From Vulcanimicrobiota bacterium (GTDB lineage Bacteria > Vulcanimicrobiota > Vulcanimicrobiia > Vulcanimicrobiales > Vulcanimicrobiaceae), in contig CAVTCS010000003.1 in assembly GCA_963733295.1 (NCBI GenBank), forward strand, positions 928,001-992,000: a stretch of DNA of 64,000 nt, written 5' to 3'. This document shows positions 19,800 through 29,895 of this stretch, piece after piece. Under the pieces are notes generated by a model. The model searched no databases. It was not told the DNA's origin and was given only the letters and a program-made list of their open reading frames with translations. The translations under genes were made by a program, and so were the position numbers. Numbering within the stretch: the first letter of the stretch is position 1; each line of letters opens with the position of its first letter.

Positions 19800-19859
19800 G
19801 CCGGGACCTTCGCCCTTCGAGAGAGGCCCCCTCGAACGTGCGTCCGTACTACGAGTACA

Positions 19860-20615
19860 GTGGAGCGTTCGCAACGGCAAACGGCGCGCGAGGGAAGCGT
19901 CTACGTGCTCGGCGGCAACGCGAGCACGCTCGCGTTCGTCTCGTCGCTGCGACTCGAAAATCAACAGATTACCGCATGGCTCGTTCCGCTCGCATGGACG
20001 CCGGTCGGAGTCACGCTGGGCGACGCCTGGCAGCGCGTCGGCATCGCTGCCGACAACCTGGCCGGTTGGGCGGACTCGACCTTTCCGGCCGAAGACGAGC
20101 ACGCATTCGTCACGTCGTTGCGCGACTTGGAGCTGCTGCTGCGGGTCGCATGGCACGCTGAAGCGCCGCAAGCGCTTTCGGAAGATCTGCTGATCAATCC
20201 CGAGGACGTTCCGGGCGACGTTCTGGATGGGATCGACCGGCCCGCGGTCGCATTGACGCAGTGTGCGGTTTGCCGTCGCATGTGCGCGCGCGACGATTTC
20301 GTTTGGAACGACCGCCAACTCTGCGCCTGGGATTATCACGCAACCGTCTTCGGAAAACGCGGACCGTGGCGCAGCGAACCGTACGACGAGCGCCTCTTCG
20401 AGACGCTCCCCGCGGTCCCGTACGTCGCCCCGGGGCTGCTCGACGAAGCGTCGGTCGAGCCGGTCCTCGCGGTCAGCGGCCTGCCTGAGAACCTCATGAC
20501 CGAACTCGTCAACCGCGCGATCGCCGAGGGCGGCGGCGGCGCGTTCCTCGCCGTACGGACCGACGACGGCCTGACGCTCCTGCGCGAGCGCAGCGGTCCC
20601 AAAGCGGCGACTTGA
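19860..20615 (+). CDS. hypothetical protein with Cys/His cluster
   Basis: CAVCRRMC...LCAWDYH; GTG 19860 chosen as start. Confidence 0.65.
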   Translation: MERSQRQTAREGSVYVLGGNASTLAFVSSLRLENQQITAWLVPLAWTPVGVTLGDAWQRVGIAADNLAGWADSTFPAEDEHAFVTSLRDLELLLRVAWHAEAPQALSEDLLINPEDVPGDVLDGIDRPAVALTQCAVCRRMCARDDFVWNDRQLCAWDYHATVFGKRGPWRSEPYDERLFETLPAVPYVAPGLLDEASVEPVLAVSGLPENLMTELVNRAIAEGGGGAFLAVRTDDGLTLLRERSGPKAAT

Positions 20616-20629
20616 TGCGTTAAGACCGG

Positions 20630-22006
20630 GTGGGAATCAATCGCGCAATCGGCCGGCTGACGCTGCTCTTCATCGCACTCTACGTCGTGCTCGCGACGCG
20701 GCAAGTTTGGATTCAAGCGATCGCAGGTCCGCAGCTGGCGGATAACGTGCACAACCCGCGCAGCGCGCTTCTGTCGCAATATCGCGGTTCGATCGTGGCG
20801 CGCGACGGCACGGTCTTGGCCGCCTCGAATGCGCGCGGGCGCGTCTACCCGCTGGGCCCGGCACTTGCGCAAACGGTCGGCTACGTGTCGGCGCGCTACG
20901 GAACCTCCGGGCTCGAGTCGGTGTACGAAGCGCAGCTGGCGGCGCGCGCCGCCGGTAACGATCCGTGGACGCAGCTGCTCGGAATCTTCGGCAGAGCGCA
21001 GGGTCCGGCGCGCGGCCAGACGCTGGTCACGACGATAGATCCCGCGATCGAGCGGACGCTGTACGACAGCTTGAGCGCTTATCCGCGCGCAGCCGGCATC
21101 GCGCTCGATCCGCGCAGCGGGGAAGTGCTCGCGATCGCGAGCGTACCCAGCTTCGACCCGCAACGGATCGACGCGAGCTTCGCGGCGCTTTCACGGGACG
21201 CATCCAGCCCGCTCCTAAACCGCGCGATCGACGGCCTCTACCCGCCCGGCTCGACCTTCAAAATCGTCACCGTCGCCGACGCGCTCGACGCGGGTGTCGT
21301 CAGCCTCGACTCGACCTTCGAAGATCCGGGGTCGTACCAAGTCGGCAATTTCGTCGTGCACGACGACGAAGGCGAGGCGACGGGGCGGCGCTCGCTGGCG
21401 GGGGCTTTCGCGCTTTCCAGCAACGTCGACTTCGCGCAAATCGCGCTGGCGCTCGGTGCGGACCGGTGGTTCGAGTACGCGGCGCGCTGGCGTCTCGGCG
21501 AGCCGCTCGACTTTACGCTCGCTACCTCGCGCGATCACCTCCCCGCGCGCGACAGCGTCACGCCCAGCATCCTCGCGCAACTCGGCTTCGGGCAGGCCGA
21601 CCTGCTCGTCACGCCGCTGCGGATGGCGCTGGTAGCGGCGACGATTGCCGAAGCCGGCGCGACGCCGCATCCCACGCTGGTGCGGGTTACCAGCGAGTCG
21701 CCGCCGCTCGCGAATCCGATCGACGCGGAGATCGCGGGCGAGGTTCGCGACCTGATGAGCGGCGTCGTCGCGAACGGGACCGGCACGGCCGCGGCTCTGC
21801 CCGCGCTCACGGTTGCCGGGAAGACCGGGACCGCCACGAACCCGGCTGGAAGGTCGCATGCATGGTTCGTTGCGTTCGCACCGGCCGAATCACCGCGCGT
21901 GGCGGTCGCGATCGTGGTGGAGAATGCCGGCTACGGCGGCGCGGTCGCGGCACCCATCGCGCGCCGCGTTCTGGTGACCGCGCTGCACCTCCCGCGAGGC
22001 TCCTAG
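20630..22006 (+). CDS. pbpA: class B penicillin-binding protein (PbpA-like)
   Basis: PGSTFK (SxxK), SSN (SxN), KTGT; N-terminal TM helix. Confidence 0.85.
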   Translation: MGINRAIGRLTLLFIALYVVLATRQVWIQAIAGPQLADNVHNPRSALLSQYRGSIVARDGTVLAASNARGRVYPLGPALAQTVGYVSARYGTSGLESVYEAQLAARAAGNDPWTQLLGIFGRAQGPARGQTLVTTIDPAIERTLYDSLSAYPRAAGIALDPRSGEVLAIASVPSFDPQRIDASFAALSRDASSPLLNRAIDGLYPPGSTFKIVTVADALDAGVVSLDSTFEDPGSYQVGNFVVHDDEGEATGRRSLAGAFALSSNVDFAQIALALGADRWFEYAARWRLGEPLDFTLATSRDHLPARDSVTPSILAQLGFGQADLLVTPLRMALVAATIAEAGATPHPTLVRVTSESPPLANPIDAEIAGEVRDLMSGVVANGTGTAAALPALTVAGKTGTATNPAGRSHAWFVAFAPAESPRVAVAIVVENAGYGGAVAAPIARRVLVTALHLPRGS

Positions 22007-22015
22007 TGGGTACGA

Positions 22016-24112
22016 ATGGTCGAGCGTAATCTGAGCGAGCGCTACCGGCTCGAGGGCCGCATCGGGCAAGGCGGCATGGCGACGGTTTACGCCGGAATGG
22101 ACACGGTCTTGCGGCGCCGCGTCGCGATCAAGATCCTGCGGCCACAGTTCGCCGAAGACGAAGACTTCGTCCGTCGGTTCTACACCGAGGCGCAGCACGC
22201 GGCAAAGCTCTCGCATCCCAACATCGTCAACATCTACGACGTGGGGCACGAAGGCGAGAACTATTTCATCGTGATGGAGTTAGTCGACGGCTCGACCCTC
22301 GCCGAGATGATCGAAAGCGACGGGCGCTTGCCGGAGGCCGTCGCGATCGACTTTGCCGCGCAGATTTGTAACGGCCTGGCATACGCGCACCGCCAGGGCT
22401 TGCTGCACCGCGACATCAAGCCGGCGAACGTCCTCGTGGCGAAGGACGACGTCGTAAAGATCTCAGACTTCGGTATCGCGCGCGCGGTTACGACCCAAAC
22501 CGTTACGATCACGCAGCCCGGCATGGTGATGGGCAGCGTTTTCTACATCTCGCCGGAGCAGGCGCAGGGACGCGAACTCGACGAGACCTCCGATCTTTAC
22601 AGCCTCGGCGTCGTGCTCTACCAGATGCTGAGCGGGAAGCTGCCGTACACCGGGGAGTCGCCGGTGACGGTTGCGCTCAAACACGTGTCCAGCCCCGTTC
22701 CGTCGCTGGAGGCGGACGAGCCCGACATCAGTCCGGCGCTCGCGGCAATCGTGCGCAAGCTCTTGCAGAAAGAACCTGCGGCACGCTTCCATACCGCGAT
22801 GGAACTCGCGACGGCGTTGCGCGCCGCGCGCGAACACCCACTCTTGACGACGCCCTTCGACGTGCCCGCGCGCGAGTCCGATCCGCCGCCGCAGACGATC
22901 CCCAACCCGCGGCCGCGTCTCTCGCGTCATCCCGACGGCTCCGCCGTGCGCCGTAGCCAGCCGCCGCGTGACGGCGAAGACGACCTCCCCAAGCGTGGAC
23001 TCGGCGCGCCCGCCTTCGCGGCGCTGGCGCTGGCGGCCGCGGTCGCCGTCGCCGGCGGATACTTTTTCGCCGCGCAGCCCGGCGGATTTCTCGCCAAGCC
23101 GCAAGCGATCGCGGTCGAGAACCTCGTCGGCAAGCCGGTCGATGAAGCGGAAGCGAAGCTGACCGCCGCCGGTCTCGCTTTTGCGGTCGTGTCGGTTGCC
23201 AGCGACGTGGTTCCCGCGGACCGCGTGGTGCGCCAGGATCCACCCGCGGCGAGCAAGCTCGCGCCGCACGGGGTCGTGCAGCTTTTCGTCAGCACCGGGT
23301 TGCCGATGGTGGAATTGATCGACCTTCGGCAATACTCGCGGGCCGACGCGGAACGCTACCTGCGCAACGCGCGGCTCGTTCCAAAAGTCACCGAGCGATT
23401 CGACAAGGCGCCCAAGGACACGGTCCTGGCGCAACAGCCGTTGCCCAACAGCAAGGTGCCGATCCGTTCGGCGGTAGCGCTGGTCGTATCGAAGGGCGAA
23501 CGGCCGGTGGCGCTTCCCGACGTCGTAACGCTGCTCGTCGGGGACGCGACGACCGAACTCACGAAACTCGGTTTGAAGCTCGAGGTCAGCGAACGAACGC
23601 CGAACGACAACATTCCGGCCGACGTCATTGCCTCGCAGAATCCCGCGGCGGGCACGAAGGTCCCGCCCGGTTCGACCGTCGCGGTTGTGGTCAGCGCCGG
23701 TCCTCCGCAGTTCCCGTTGCAAGATTTCGCATCGAGCGACGCGATCGACGCGACGCAGAAGTTGCAGAGCCTGGGCCTCGTGGTACGGTACACCTACATC
23801 GTCGACCCGAGCCAGACGAGCGGGACGATCTTGCGTCAAGATCCGGCGCCCGGTGCCTCGGTCGCCAAGGGTGCCGCCGTCACGCTCTCGGTCGTCGTGC
23901 CGGGCGAGGTTCCCGACGTCGCGGGCAAGAGCGCCGACGACGCGCGCGCGATTTTGCAAACCGCCGGCTACAAGATCGGCAACGTCGCCTACACCCAGGG
24001 CGGAACAGCGGGGACTGTCGTTCGCACGGAACCGGCCGCCGGTACTGCGCTGCGCCCGGGAGAAACGGTCAACCTGTACGTCGGCGGCGCGGCGCCGGGC
24101 GCGACGCAGTGA
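22016..24112 (+). CDS. pknB: PASTA-domain Ser/Thr kinase
   Basis: GQGGMATVY, HRDIKPAN, DFGIAR, TM helix, about five PASTA repeats. Confidence 0.93.
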   Translation: MVERNLSERYRLEGRIGQGGMATVYAGMDTVLRRRVAIKILRPQFAEDEDFVRRFYTEAQHAAKLSHPNIVNIYDVGHEGENYFIVMELVDGSTLAEMIESDGRLPEAVAIDFAAQICNGLAYAHRQGLLHRDIKPANVLVAKDDVVKISDFGIARAVTTQTVTITQPGMVMGSVFYISPEQAQGRELDETSDLYSLGVVLYQMLSGKLPYTGESPVTVALKHVSSPVPSLEADEPDISPALAAIVRKLLQKEPAARFHTAMELATALRAAREHPLLTTPFDVPARESDPPPQTIPNPRPRLSRHPDGSAVRRSQPPRDGEDDLPKRGLGAPAFAALALAAAVAVAGGYFFAAQPGGFLAKPQAIAVENLVGKPVDEAEAKLTAAGLAFAVVSVASDVVPADRVVRQDPPAASKLAPHGVVQLFVSTGLPMVELIDLRQYSRADAERYLRNARLVPKVTERFDKAPKDTVLAQQPLPNSKVPIRSAVALVVSKGERPVALPDVVTLLVGDATTELTKLGLKLEVSERTPNDNIPADVIASQNPAAGTKVPPGSTVAVVVSAGPPQFPLQDFASSDAIDATQKLQSLGLVVRYTYIVDPSQTSGTILRQDPAPGASVAKGAAVTLSVVVPGEVPDVAGKSADDARAILQTAGYKIGNVAYTQGGTAGTVVRTEPAAGTALRPGETVNLYVGGAAPGATQ

Positions 24113-24627
24113 TGCGGATTCTCGGAGTCGACCCCGGCTTGCGGGTGACGGGCTACGGCGCGATCGAACTCGGGCCGCGCGATGCGCGCCTCATCGAAGC
24201 GGGCGTCATCGCGCCCGATGCCGGCGAATCGCTCGAACACCGGCTCGGTGCGCTCTACGACGAACTGCTCGCGGTCGTGCTCGCGACGCGTCCCGACGTC
24301 ATGGTGATCGAGGAGCTGTGGACCGCCTATCGCAACCCGACGACGGCGGTCTTGATGGGACACGCGCGCGGCGTCCTGTGTTTGGCCGCGCACGTCTCGG
24401 GAGTTCGCCTGCGCCATTTGGTTCATTCGCACGTCAAACGAGTCTTGGTCGGCTCGGGTGCGGCGCGCAAGGATCAAGTCAAGCGCATGGTCATGCGTCA
24501 ACTGCGCCTGGTGACGACACCCGAACCCAGCGACGTTTCCGACGCTCTGGCGCTCGCGCTCGCACTCGCCAATATCGAGCGCACCGAAGCACGCCTCGGT
24601 CCGCTCGTCGCCGCCCGGGTGCGATGA
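24109..24627 (+). CDS. ruvC: Holliday junction resolvase
   Basis: ILGVDPGLRVTGYG, ARGV, DVSDALALAL. Confidence 0.92.
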   Translation: MMRILGVDPGLRVTGYGAIELGPRDARLIEAGVIAPDAGESLEHRLGALYDELLAVVLATRPDVMVIEELWTAYRNPTTAVLMGHARGVLCLAAHVSGVRLRHLVHSHVKRVLVGSGAARKDQVKRMVMRQLRLVTTPEPSDVSDALALALALANIERTEARLGPLVAARVR

Positions 24628-24636
24628 CGAAGGGCG

Positions 24637-24645
24637 TGGTACAAT
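24637..24645 (+). promoter_or_regulatory. putative extended -10 promoter of ruvA
   Basis: TGG-TACAAT 9 nt before the ruvA ATG. Confidence 0.5.
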
Positions 24646-24654
24646 CGTAGCGAC

Positions 24655-25284
24655 ATGTTCTCGCGCATAACGGGGATCGTCGCCGAGCGTTCTGGATCGA
24701 GCGTGCTGCTCGACGCCGGTGGCCTCGCTTACGAAGTGATACTGCCGCCGTGCGTGGTGGAGAAGCTTCCGCCCGGCACCGGCGAGCGAGTCACGCTCGA
24801 GATCTACCCGGCCTTCAACATGGAAGGAAATAGCGGGCGCTTCACGTTCTTCGGTTTCACGAACGCGGTCGAGCGCGAATTTTTCGAAGCGCTGATCAGC
24901 GTGGCCAGCATCGGCCCGAAGACGGCGGCGCGCGCGTTTTCCGAACCGATGGCGCGCATCGCGCGCGCGATCGATGCCGGCGACTACGCGTTTCTGGTCA
25001 AGCTGCCGGGTATCGGCCAACAGAAGGCGCGCGACATCGTGGCGAAACTCCAAGGTAAGGTAACGAAGTTCTTGCTGATTCAAGAAGCCGAGACGCGCCC
25101 GAGAGAGACGATTCCGGACTTTGCGGCCGAAGCGCTGGCCGTGCTCTTGCAACTCGAGTACCGCCGGGGTGAGGCCGAGGCGATGATCGACGAGACCTTG
25201 CGAGCAGACCCGCAGCTCGCCGATGCCGAGTCGCTCTTGACCGAGGTCTACCGTCTGAAGAACCGGCGCGCCGAGGCGTCGTGA
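24655..25284 (+). CDS. ruvA: Holliday junction branch-migration protein
   Basis: GGLAYEV, HhH motifs SIGPKTA and PGIGQQKA; lies between ruvC and ruvB. Confidence 0.88.
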   Translation: MFSRITGIVAERSGSSVLLDAGGLAYEVILPPCVVEKLPPGTGERVTLEIYPAFNMEGNSGRFTFFGFTNAVEREFFEALISVASIGPKTAARAFSEPMARIARAIDAGDYAFLVKLPGIGQQKARDIVAKLQGKVTKFLLIQEAETRPRETIPDFAAEALAVLLQLEYRRGEAEAMIDETLRADPQLADAESLLTEVYRLKNRRAEAS

Positions 25285-26354
25285 GCGAAGCCGGTTCGAA
25301 GCGTCGCCGCCTGCTCGGCCCCGAAGACACCGATCGCATCGTCGCCCCGGAAGCTGCGGCCCTCGAAGAAGAAGTTCTCGGCGCGACGCTTCGTCCTCGC
25401 TCGTTCGACGAGTACGTCGGTCAAACGACGGTCGTCGAAAACTTGAAGATCGCGATCGACGCGGCGCGACGCCGCGGCGAACCGCTCGAGCACGTGCTGT
25501 TCTACGGACCGCCCGGACTCGGCAAGACGACGCTCGCATCGCTCATCGCGCGCGACATGGGCCGGTCGCTGCGTCCGACCTCGGGTCCGACGCTGGAGAA
25601 GCCGAAGGACCTGGTCGGAATTCTGACATCGCTGCAAGAAGGCGACGTGCTGTTCATCGACGAGATCCATCGCCTCGGCGGAGTCGTCGAAGAGTACCTC
25701 TACCCGGCGATGGAAGATTTTCGCATCGACGTCGTGATGGACAGCGGTGCGTACGCCAAGACGTACAAGTTGCCGCTCGAGCGTTTCAGTCTGATCGGCG
25801 CGACCACGCGGGCCGGGATGCTCTCGGCGCCGCTGCGCGAGCGGTTCGGAATCGCGTACCATCTCGATTACTACAGCGCGGAAGAGTTGGAGCGGATCGT
25901 CGTACGCAGCGCGGGTGTCCTGGCCATTCCGATCGAGCCGGAAGGCGCGCGTGCCATCGCGCGGCGTAGCCGCGGCACGCCGCGAATCGCGAACCGCTTG
26001 CTGCGCCGCGTTCGCGACTACGCGGAGGTCCGCGCCGGAGGAACGATCACGCTCGAAGTCGCCGACGAAGCGTTGCGCCGCGAGGGCGTCGACGAGCTCG
26101 GTCTCGACCGGCTCGACCGTGCCTTCATGCGCACCATCGCCGAACAGTATCGCGGCGGTCCCGTTGGGATATCCGCGATCGCCGCGACGCTGACCGAGGA
26201 TGCCGAGACGCTGGAAGATGTGGTCGAACCGTACTTGCTCAAGCTCGGTCTCGTCGTACGAACCGCCAGCGGGCGTAAGGTTACGCCCGAAGCCTACGCG
26301 CACTTAGGCTTAAATCCGCCGCGCGGCGAGAGCCGTCAGGAGCGTCTGCTCTAA
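25281..26354 (+). CDS. ruvB: Holliday junction helicase
   Basis: LRPRSFDEYVGQ, GPPGLGKTTLA, DEIHRL, RGTPRIANRLL. Confidence 0.96.
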   Translation: MSEAGSKRRRLLGPEDTDRIVAPEAAALEEEVLGATLRPRSFDEYVGQTTVVENLKIAIDAARRRGEPLEHVLFYGPPGLGKTTLASLIARDMGRSLRPTSGPTLEKPKDLVGILTSLQEGDVLFIDEIHRLGGVVEEYLYPAMEDFRIDVVMDSGAYAKTYKLPLERFSLIGATTRAGMLSAPLRERFGIAYHLDYYSAEELERIVVRSAGVLAIPIEPEGARAIARRSRGTPRIANRLLRRVRDYAEVRAGGTITLEVADEALRREGVDELGLDRLDRAFMRTIAEQYRGGPVGISAIAATLTEDAETLEDVVEPYLLKLGLVVRTASGRKVTPEAYAHLGLNPPRGESRQERLL

Positions 26355-26367
26355 GTGGCAAGCTTCG

Positions 26368-26386
26368 TCTCTGGGGCGCGACACTA
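26368..26386 (-). repeat. partial copy of the small palindromic repeat at 51322
   Basis: Reverse complement tagtgtcgcgccccagaga is identical (19/19) to 51323-51341. Confidence 0.75.
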
Positions 26387-26391
26387 AAAGC

Positions 26392-27402
26392 GTGCTCCGC
26401 CGCGCGTTTCTTGTGTCGGCTTCCGCAGCGCTCGGAGCGGTCGCCCCGAGCGCGGCGAACGCGACCGGGGGCCTCGACGTCGGCGAGGCGCGCGCGTTGC
26501 ACGAAATGCGAGTCTTGCTTGCGAGCGGCGCGTTCGCGCCCGCGCAGACCGTCGACGACTGGCACTTCGACTGGAACGGAGGGACGTACCGCGGCAGCGT
26601 CGCCGCGGTGACGCTGCCGGACGGTCGCGCCGGCTTGGTCAACGCGCTGCCGCTCGACGCGTATCTCTACGGCGTGGTTAGTCGCGAAGTCTCGGCGTCG
26701 TGGCCCCGGAGCGCGCAAGAAACACAAGCGATTGTCGCGCGAACCTACGCCCTCGGAAAACTTCGTCCGTCACAACCCTACGACGTCGTGGCGAGCGAGA
26801 GCGATCAGCGCTACGGCGGCATTCCGGCCGAGACCGTCGAGGGCCGCAGCGCGGTCGACGCTACGGCGGGCACGGTCGTCACCTACCTCGGGAGTCCGGC
26901 GCGCGTCGCCTACGGGTCGTGTTGCGGCGGCCACAGCGCGGACGCGGCGAGCGTCTGGGGCGCAGCGCTCCCTTACCTGCGCGGCGTCCCCGATCCGAAC
27001 TGCGCCGGTACGCCCGAGTATCGCTGGCAGCTCGAACTGACGCGCGCGACGCTCGAGACGGCACTGGGAGCGCCTTTCGCCGCGATCGGTGAAGTGCAAT
27101 CGGCCGCGTTGCGCAACCTCGACACGAGCGGCCGGCCGGGCGCGCTCGTTTTCACCGGCGCGTCGGGTTCTTTCGAAGTCGCGACGCGGGCGTTTCGCGA
27201 CGCCGTCGGACCGGGGGTCGTGCGCAGCACGTTGTTGCTGGGAGTTTCGGTGCTCGACGGCGGCCTGCACCTCGACGGCGGCGGCCGCGGGCACGGCGTG
27301 GGTTTGTGTCAGTGGGGCTCGCGCGTTCTGGGCGCCGCCGGCTGGCCGGCGGCCGACATCCTGAGGTTTTACTTTCCGGGAACTTCGCTCGGACGTGCGT
27401 AA
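26392..27402 (+). CDS. SpoIID/LytB domain protein with Tat signal
   Basis: RRAFL; VNALPLDAYLYGVVSREV, QAIVARTYA, GHGVGLCQWG, ILRFYFPG. Confidence 0.9.
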   Translation: MLRRAFLVSASAALGAVAPSAANATGGLDVGEARALHEMRVLLASGAFAPAQTVDDWHFDWNGGTYRGSVAAVTLPDGRAGLVNALPLDAYLYGVVSREVSASWPRSAQETQAIVARTYALGKLRPSQPYDVVASESDQRYGGIPAETVEGRSAVDATAGTVVTYLGSPARVAYGSCCGGHSADAASVWGAALPYLRGVPDPNCAGTPEYRWQLELTRATLETALGAPFAAIGEVQSAALRNLDTSGRPGALVFTGASGSFEVATRAFRDAVGPGVVRSTLLLGVSVLDGGLHLDGGGRGHGVGLCQWGSRVLGAAGWPAADILRFYFPGTSLGRA

Positions 27403-27411
27403 GTCTGGAAG

Positions 27412-27918
27412 ATGCGTCGCCTCAAGCGATTTGCGGCCGCAGCCTCCCTCACCGCACTGGTAGCCGTTGCCGCGCCGTCGGCGGCGTCGGTGCGAGCCTT
27501 TTTCTGGGGTGCCCTCAACGTTAGTGCCGCGCCTACGCAACTCGCCAAAGACGCTCGCATCTTCGTTTCGCTGACGAACACGTCGACGAAGACGCAGACG
27601 TTAAGGGTCGAGCCGATGTGCCGCCTGACGGACTTGGTCGTCACCGACGCGGAGGGCCGAGTCCAGGTTCCGGCAGAGAAGAGCGCCTGCCCGAACGGTA
27701 TTGCCTACGCGAACGTGATGCTGCCCTCGAACGGTCTCTATAAGGGAGAGGAATTTGCGGAACGGCCGGACGCGGGCGACCGTCTCGCGCTCTGGGGCTA
27801 CGCGTTACCGGTCGGAACGTATCGGATCTACGCGATTCCGACCACGAACCTATGGCCCGACCGCAGCTTCATTAAAGAGCCCGAAACCTCGGACGTCATT
27901 TCGGTCACCTTGCACTGA
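27412..27918 (+). CDS. hypothetical secreted Ig-like protein
   Basis: Signal peptide; beta-rich; LPVGTYRIYA. Confidence 0.6.
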   Translation: MRRLKRFAAAASLTALVAVAAPSAASVRAFFWGALNVSAAPTQLAKDARIFVSLTNTSTKTQTLRVEPMCRLTDLVVTDAEGRVQVPAEKSACPNGIAYANVMLPSNGLYKGEEFAERPDAGDRLALWGYALPVGTYRIYAIPTTNLWPDRSFIKEPETSDVISVTLH

Positions 27919-28005
27919 CGGCGACGGCGCCGAATACGTCGCGCCTCCGAACTGTGACCGAACGGCAACAACGCGCTAACTCGCGCGGATTACGTTCGAT
28001 ACACG

Positions 28006-28692
28006 ATGCGAACGCGATCCGGAACGAACGCCCAGAACGCGCGCGGCACGGCGTGGCTCGAGATACTGATGGCCATGACGCTGCTGCTACCACTCGCCCT
28101 GCTGCTCGTGACGATTTTCCGTTCGGGTTCGTCGCTCGTTGCCGCAACGGCACGCTACGAAACGAGCCGCGCCGACCTGGCCGAACTGGCCTGGCGTTGG
28201 CAGAACGAAGCCGCCTCGGCCTGGGCGATCTTCACGCCTGCGAGCGACGTTTTGGGTCAGCCCAATTGCATCGCCGGCGTCTGTCATGAAATCGATTTCT
28301 TCTCGCGCGATGCCGCCGGACGCGCGCTCTTCTGGGCTTGGCGCTTCGATGCGCCCTCGCAGGTTCTTCAGCGCTACACGTACGCCGACGCAAACGATCC
28401 GCCGGCGACGCTGAGTGCGAGCGGGCCCGCGCTCGGGAGCGTAACGTCGTTCCAAGCCTACCGGCTGGCCGCGAGTGCGGTTACGAATCCCGCGCTGCGC
28501 GGCTACGTTCCCAAAGACGTCTCGCTGAATCTCGGTTTCCCCGCGGTGGACGGTGGAAACGCGCTGACCGTCGTCGATGTTGCGAACTCGGGCGAACGAA
28601 TCGTCCGGGAATTCTTACCGGCAACGACGCCCAGCGGATTCGACGTCGTCGTCGGCACTTTCACGCCGCAGCGCGGGCAAACCCTCCGGTGA
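28006..28692 (+). CDS. prepilin-like protein (minor pilin)
   Basis: RG|TAWLEILMAMTLL: class III signal with E5. Confidence 0.6.
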   Translation: MRTRSGTNAQNARGTAWLEILMAMTLLLPLALLLVTIFRSGSSLVAATARYETSRADLAELAWRWQNEAASAWAIFTPASDVLGQPNCIAGVCHEIDFFSRDAAGRALFWAWRFDAPSQVLQRYTYADANDPPATLSASGPALGSVTSFQAYRLAASAVTNPALRGYVPKDVSLNLGFPAVDGGNALTVVDVANSGERIVREFLPATTPSGFDVVVGTFTPQRGQTLR

Positions 28693-29174
28693 ATCGAAGC
28701 GACGGTTCGCGCAACGTATGGCAGGCGCAGCGCGAGCGCGGGCAGAGTCTGCTCGAGGTTCTGGTCGCGCTCGGGCTCGCCTCGCTAGTGATGAGCGCGG
28801 CGTTTGCGGCGCTCGTGACCAGCGCGCGGGCCAAAGCCTCCGACGAAGATCGCGCGAGCGCGGCAAACGCGGCCGCGAACAGCGTCGCGGAACTGCGCGC
28901 CGCTACGGAATACGATCCGGACGCGCTGGCGGCGATCGGCAACGCGACCTGGACGGTTCTGCCTCCGCTGCTGCCGCCCGGGGCGGGCCGCTCCGATGCG
29001 GCGCCCATAACGCTGTCGACGACGACGCAGGCATCCGGCGCCGGACTCGCGGTCGGGTTGACGTTCGCCTCCGCGCACTCGAGCGGCGCGGCGACGCTCT
29101 TCCTGCAACAGTACGCTCCGCCGCCCGGCGCGCAAGTTTTTCGCGCCGGCGCGACGCCGGCCCCAAGTCCCTAG
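28689..29174 (+). CDS. prepilin-like protein (PilV-like)
   Basis: ERG|QSLLEVLVALGL; GTG 28689 overlaps the upstream stop. Confidence 0.7.
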   Translation: MNRSDGSRNVWQAQRERGQSLLEVLVALGLASLVMSAAFAALVTSARAKASDEDRASAANAAANSVAELRAATEYDPDALAAIGNATWTVLPPLLPPGAGRSDAAPITLSTTTQASGAGLAVGLTFASAHSSGAATLFLQQYAPPPGAQVFRAGATPAPSP

Positions 29175-29178
29175 CGGC

Positions 29179-29895
29179 ATGTATCTCGCGATCCTCTTTG
29201 GACTGACCGCGGTCGCGGCGGTCGCGCTCGGCGGGTTGCAGCTTGCGACGTCGTTTGCCGCCGCGGCGGAGCGTCACGCAGCGCTTCGCTATGCCGACGT
29301 CGCCCTCGAGCAAGGGCGGCTCGCTTTGGTCGCGCAGATCGCCGCGCAAATCGAAGCGGGTTCGCCGGACGGTCCGTTCGTCGCCCCGAGCCCGACGCCG
29401 CTCGCGCCGGTGTGCGTAACGCCGCCCGACGCGGTACCGGCGCCGTGTGCGTTTTCCGCATCGGTGAGCGTGACGTTGCTCGGCCAGACCGGCGTGCCGG
29501 CTACTCCGAACGAACTCGCCCAGAACGTGCAGCGAGCCGAAGGCGTCGCCGAGAACCGCGTCGCTGCGACGATCTTCGCGACCGTCGTCTCGCCTGCCGG
29601 AAGCGTCGTGCGGCGGCGTTCGCTGATCGTTCGGACCTATGCCGCCGCGCCGTACGCGTCCGACGACGGCAGCGACGAACCCGTCTACGGCGACACCGCG
29701 AGCGGCGACAGCGGCGGCGTGTGCGATGGGAGTGCGCTCTGCGCCGGCAGCGACACGCGCATTCACGCCAAACTCGTGTGCAGCGATCCGGGTGATCCCT
29801 CAAAGTGCAACGGCGTTCCGGACCGCTACCTCGACAATTTCGTGAACGTAAACTGGCGGAACGCGCACGCCGTACCGGGCGCGTGGTCCGAGTAG
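29179..29895 (+). CDS. PilX-like pseudopilin
   Basis: Hydrophobic N-helix without E5, ALRYADVALEQG, Cys-rich C-terminus; within the pilin cluster. Confidence 0.5.
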   Translation: MYLAILFGLTAVAAVALGGLQLATSFAAAAERHAALRYADVALEQGRLALVAQIAAQIEAGSPDGPFVAPSPTPLAPVCVTPPDAVPAPCAFSASVSVTLLGQTGVPATPNELAQNVQRAEGVAENRVAATIFATVVSPAGSVVRRRSLIVRTYAAAPYASDDGSDEPVYGDTASGDSGGVCDGSALCAGSDTRIHAKLVCSDPGDPSKCNGVPDRYLDNFVNVNWRNAHAVPGAWSE

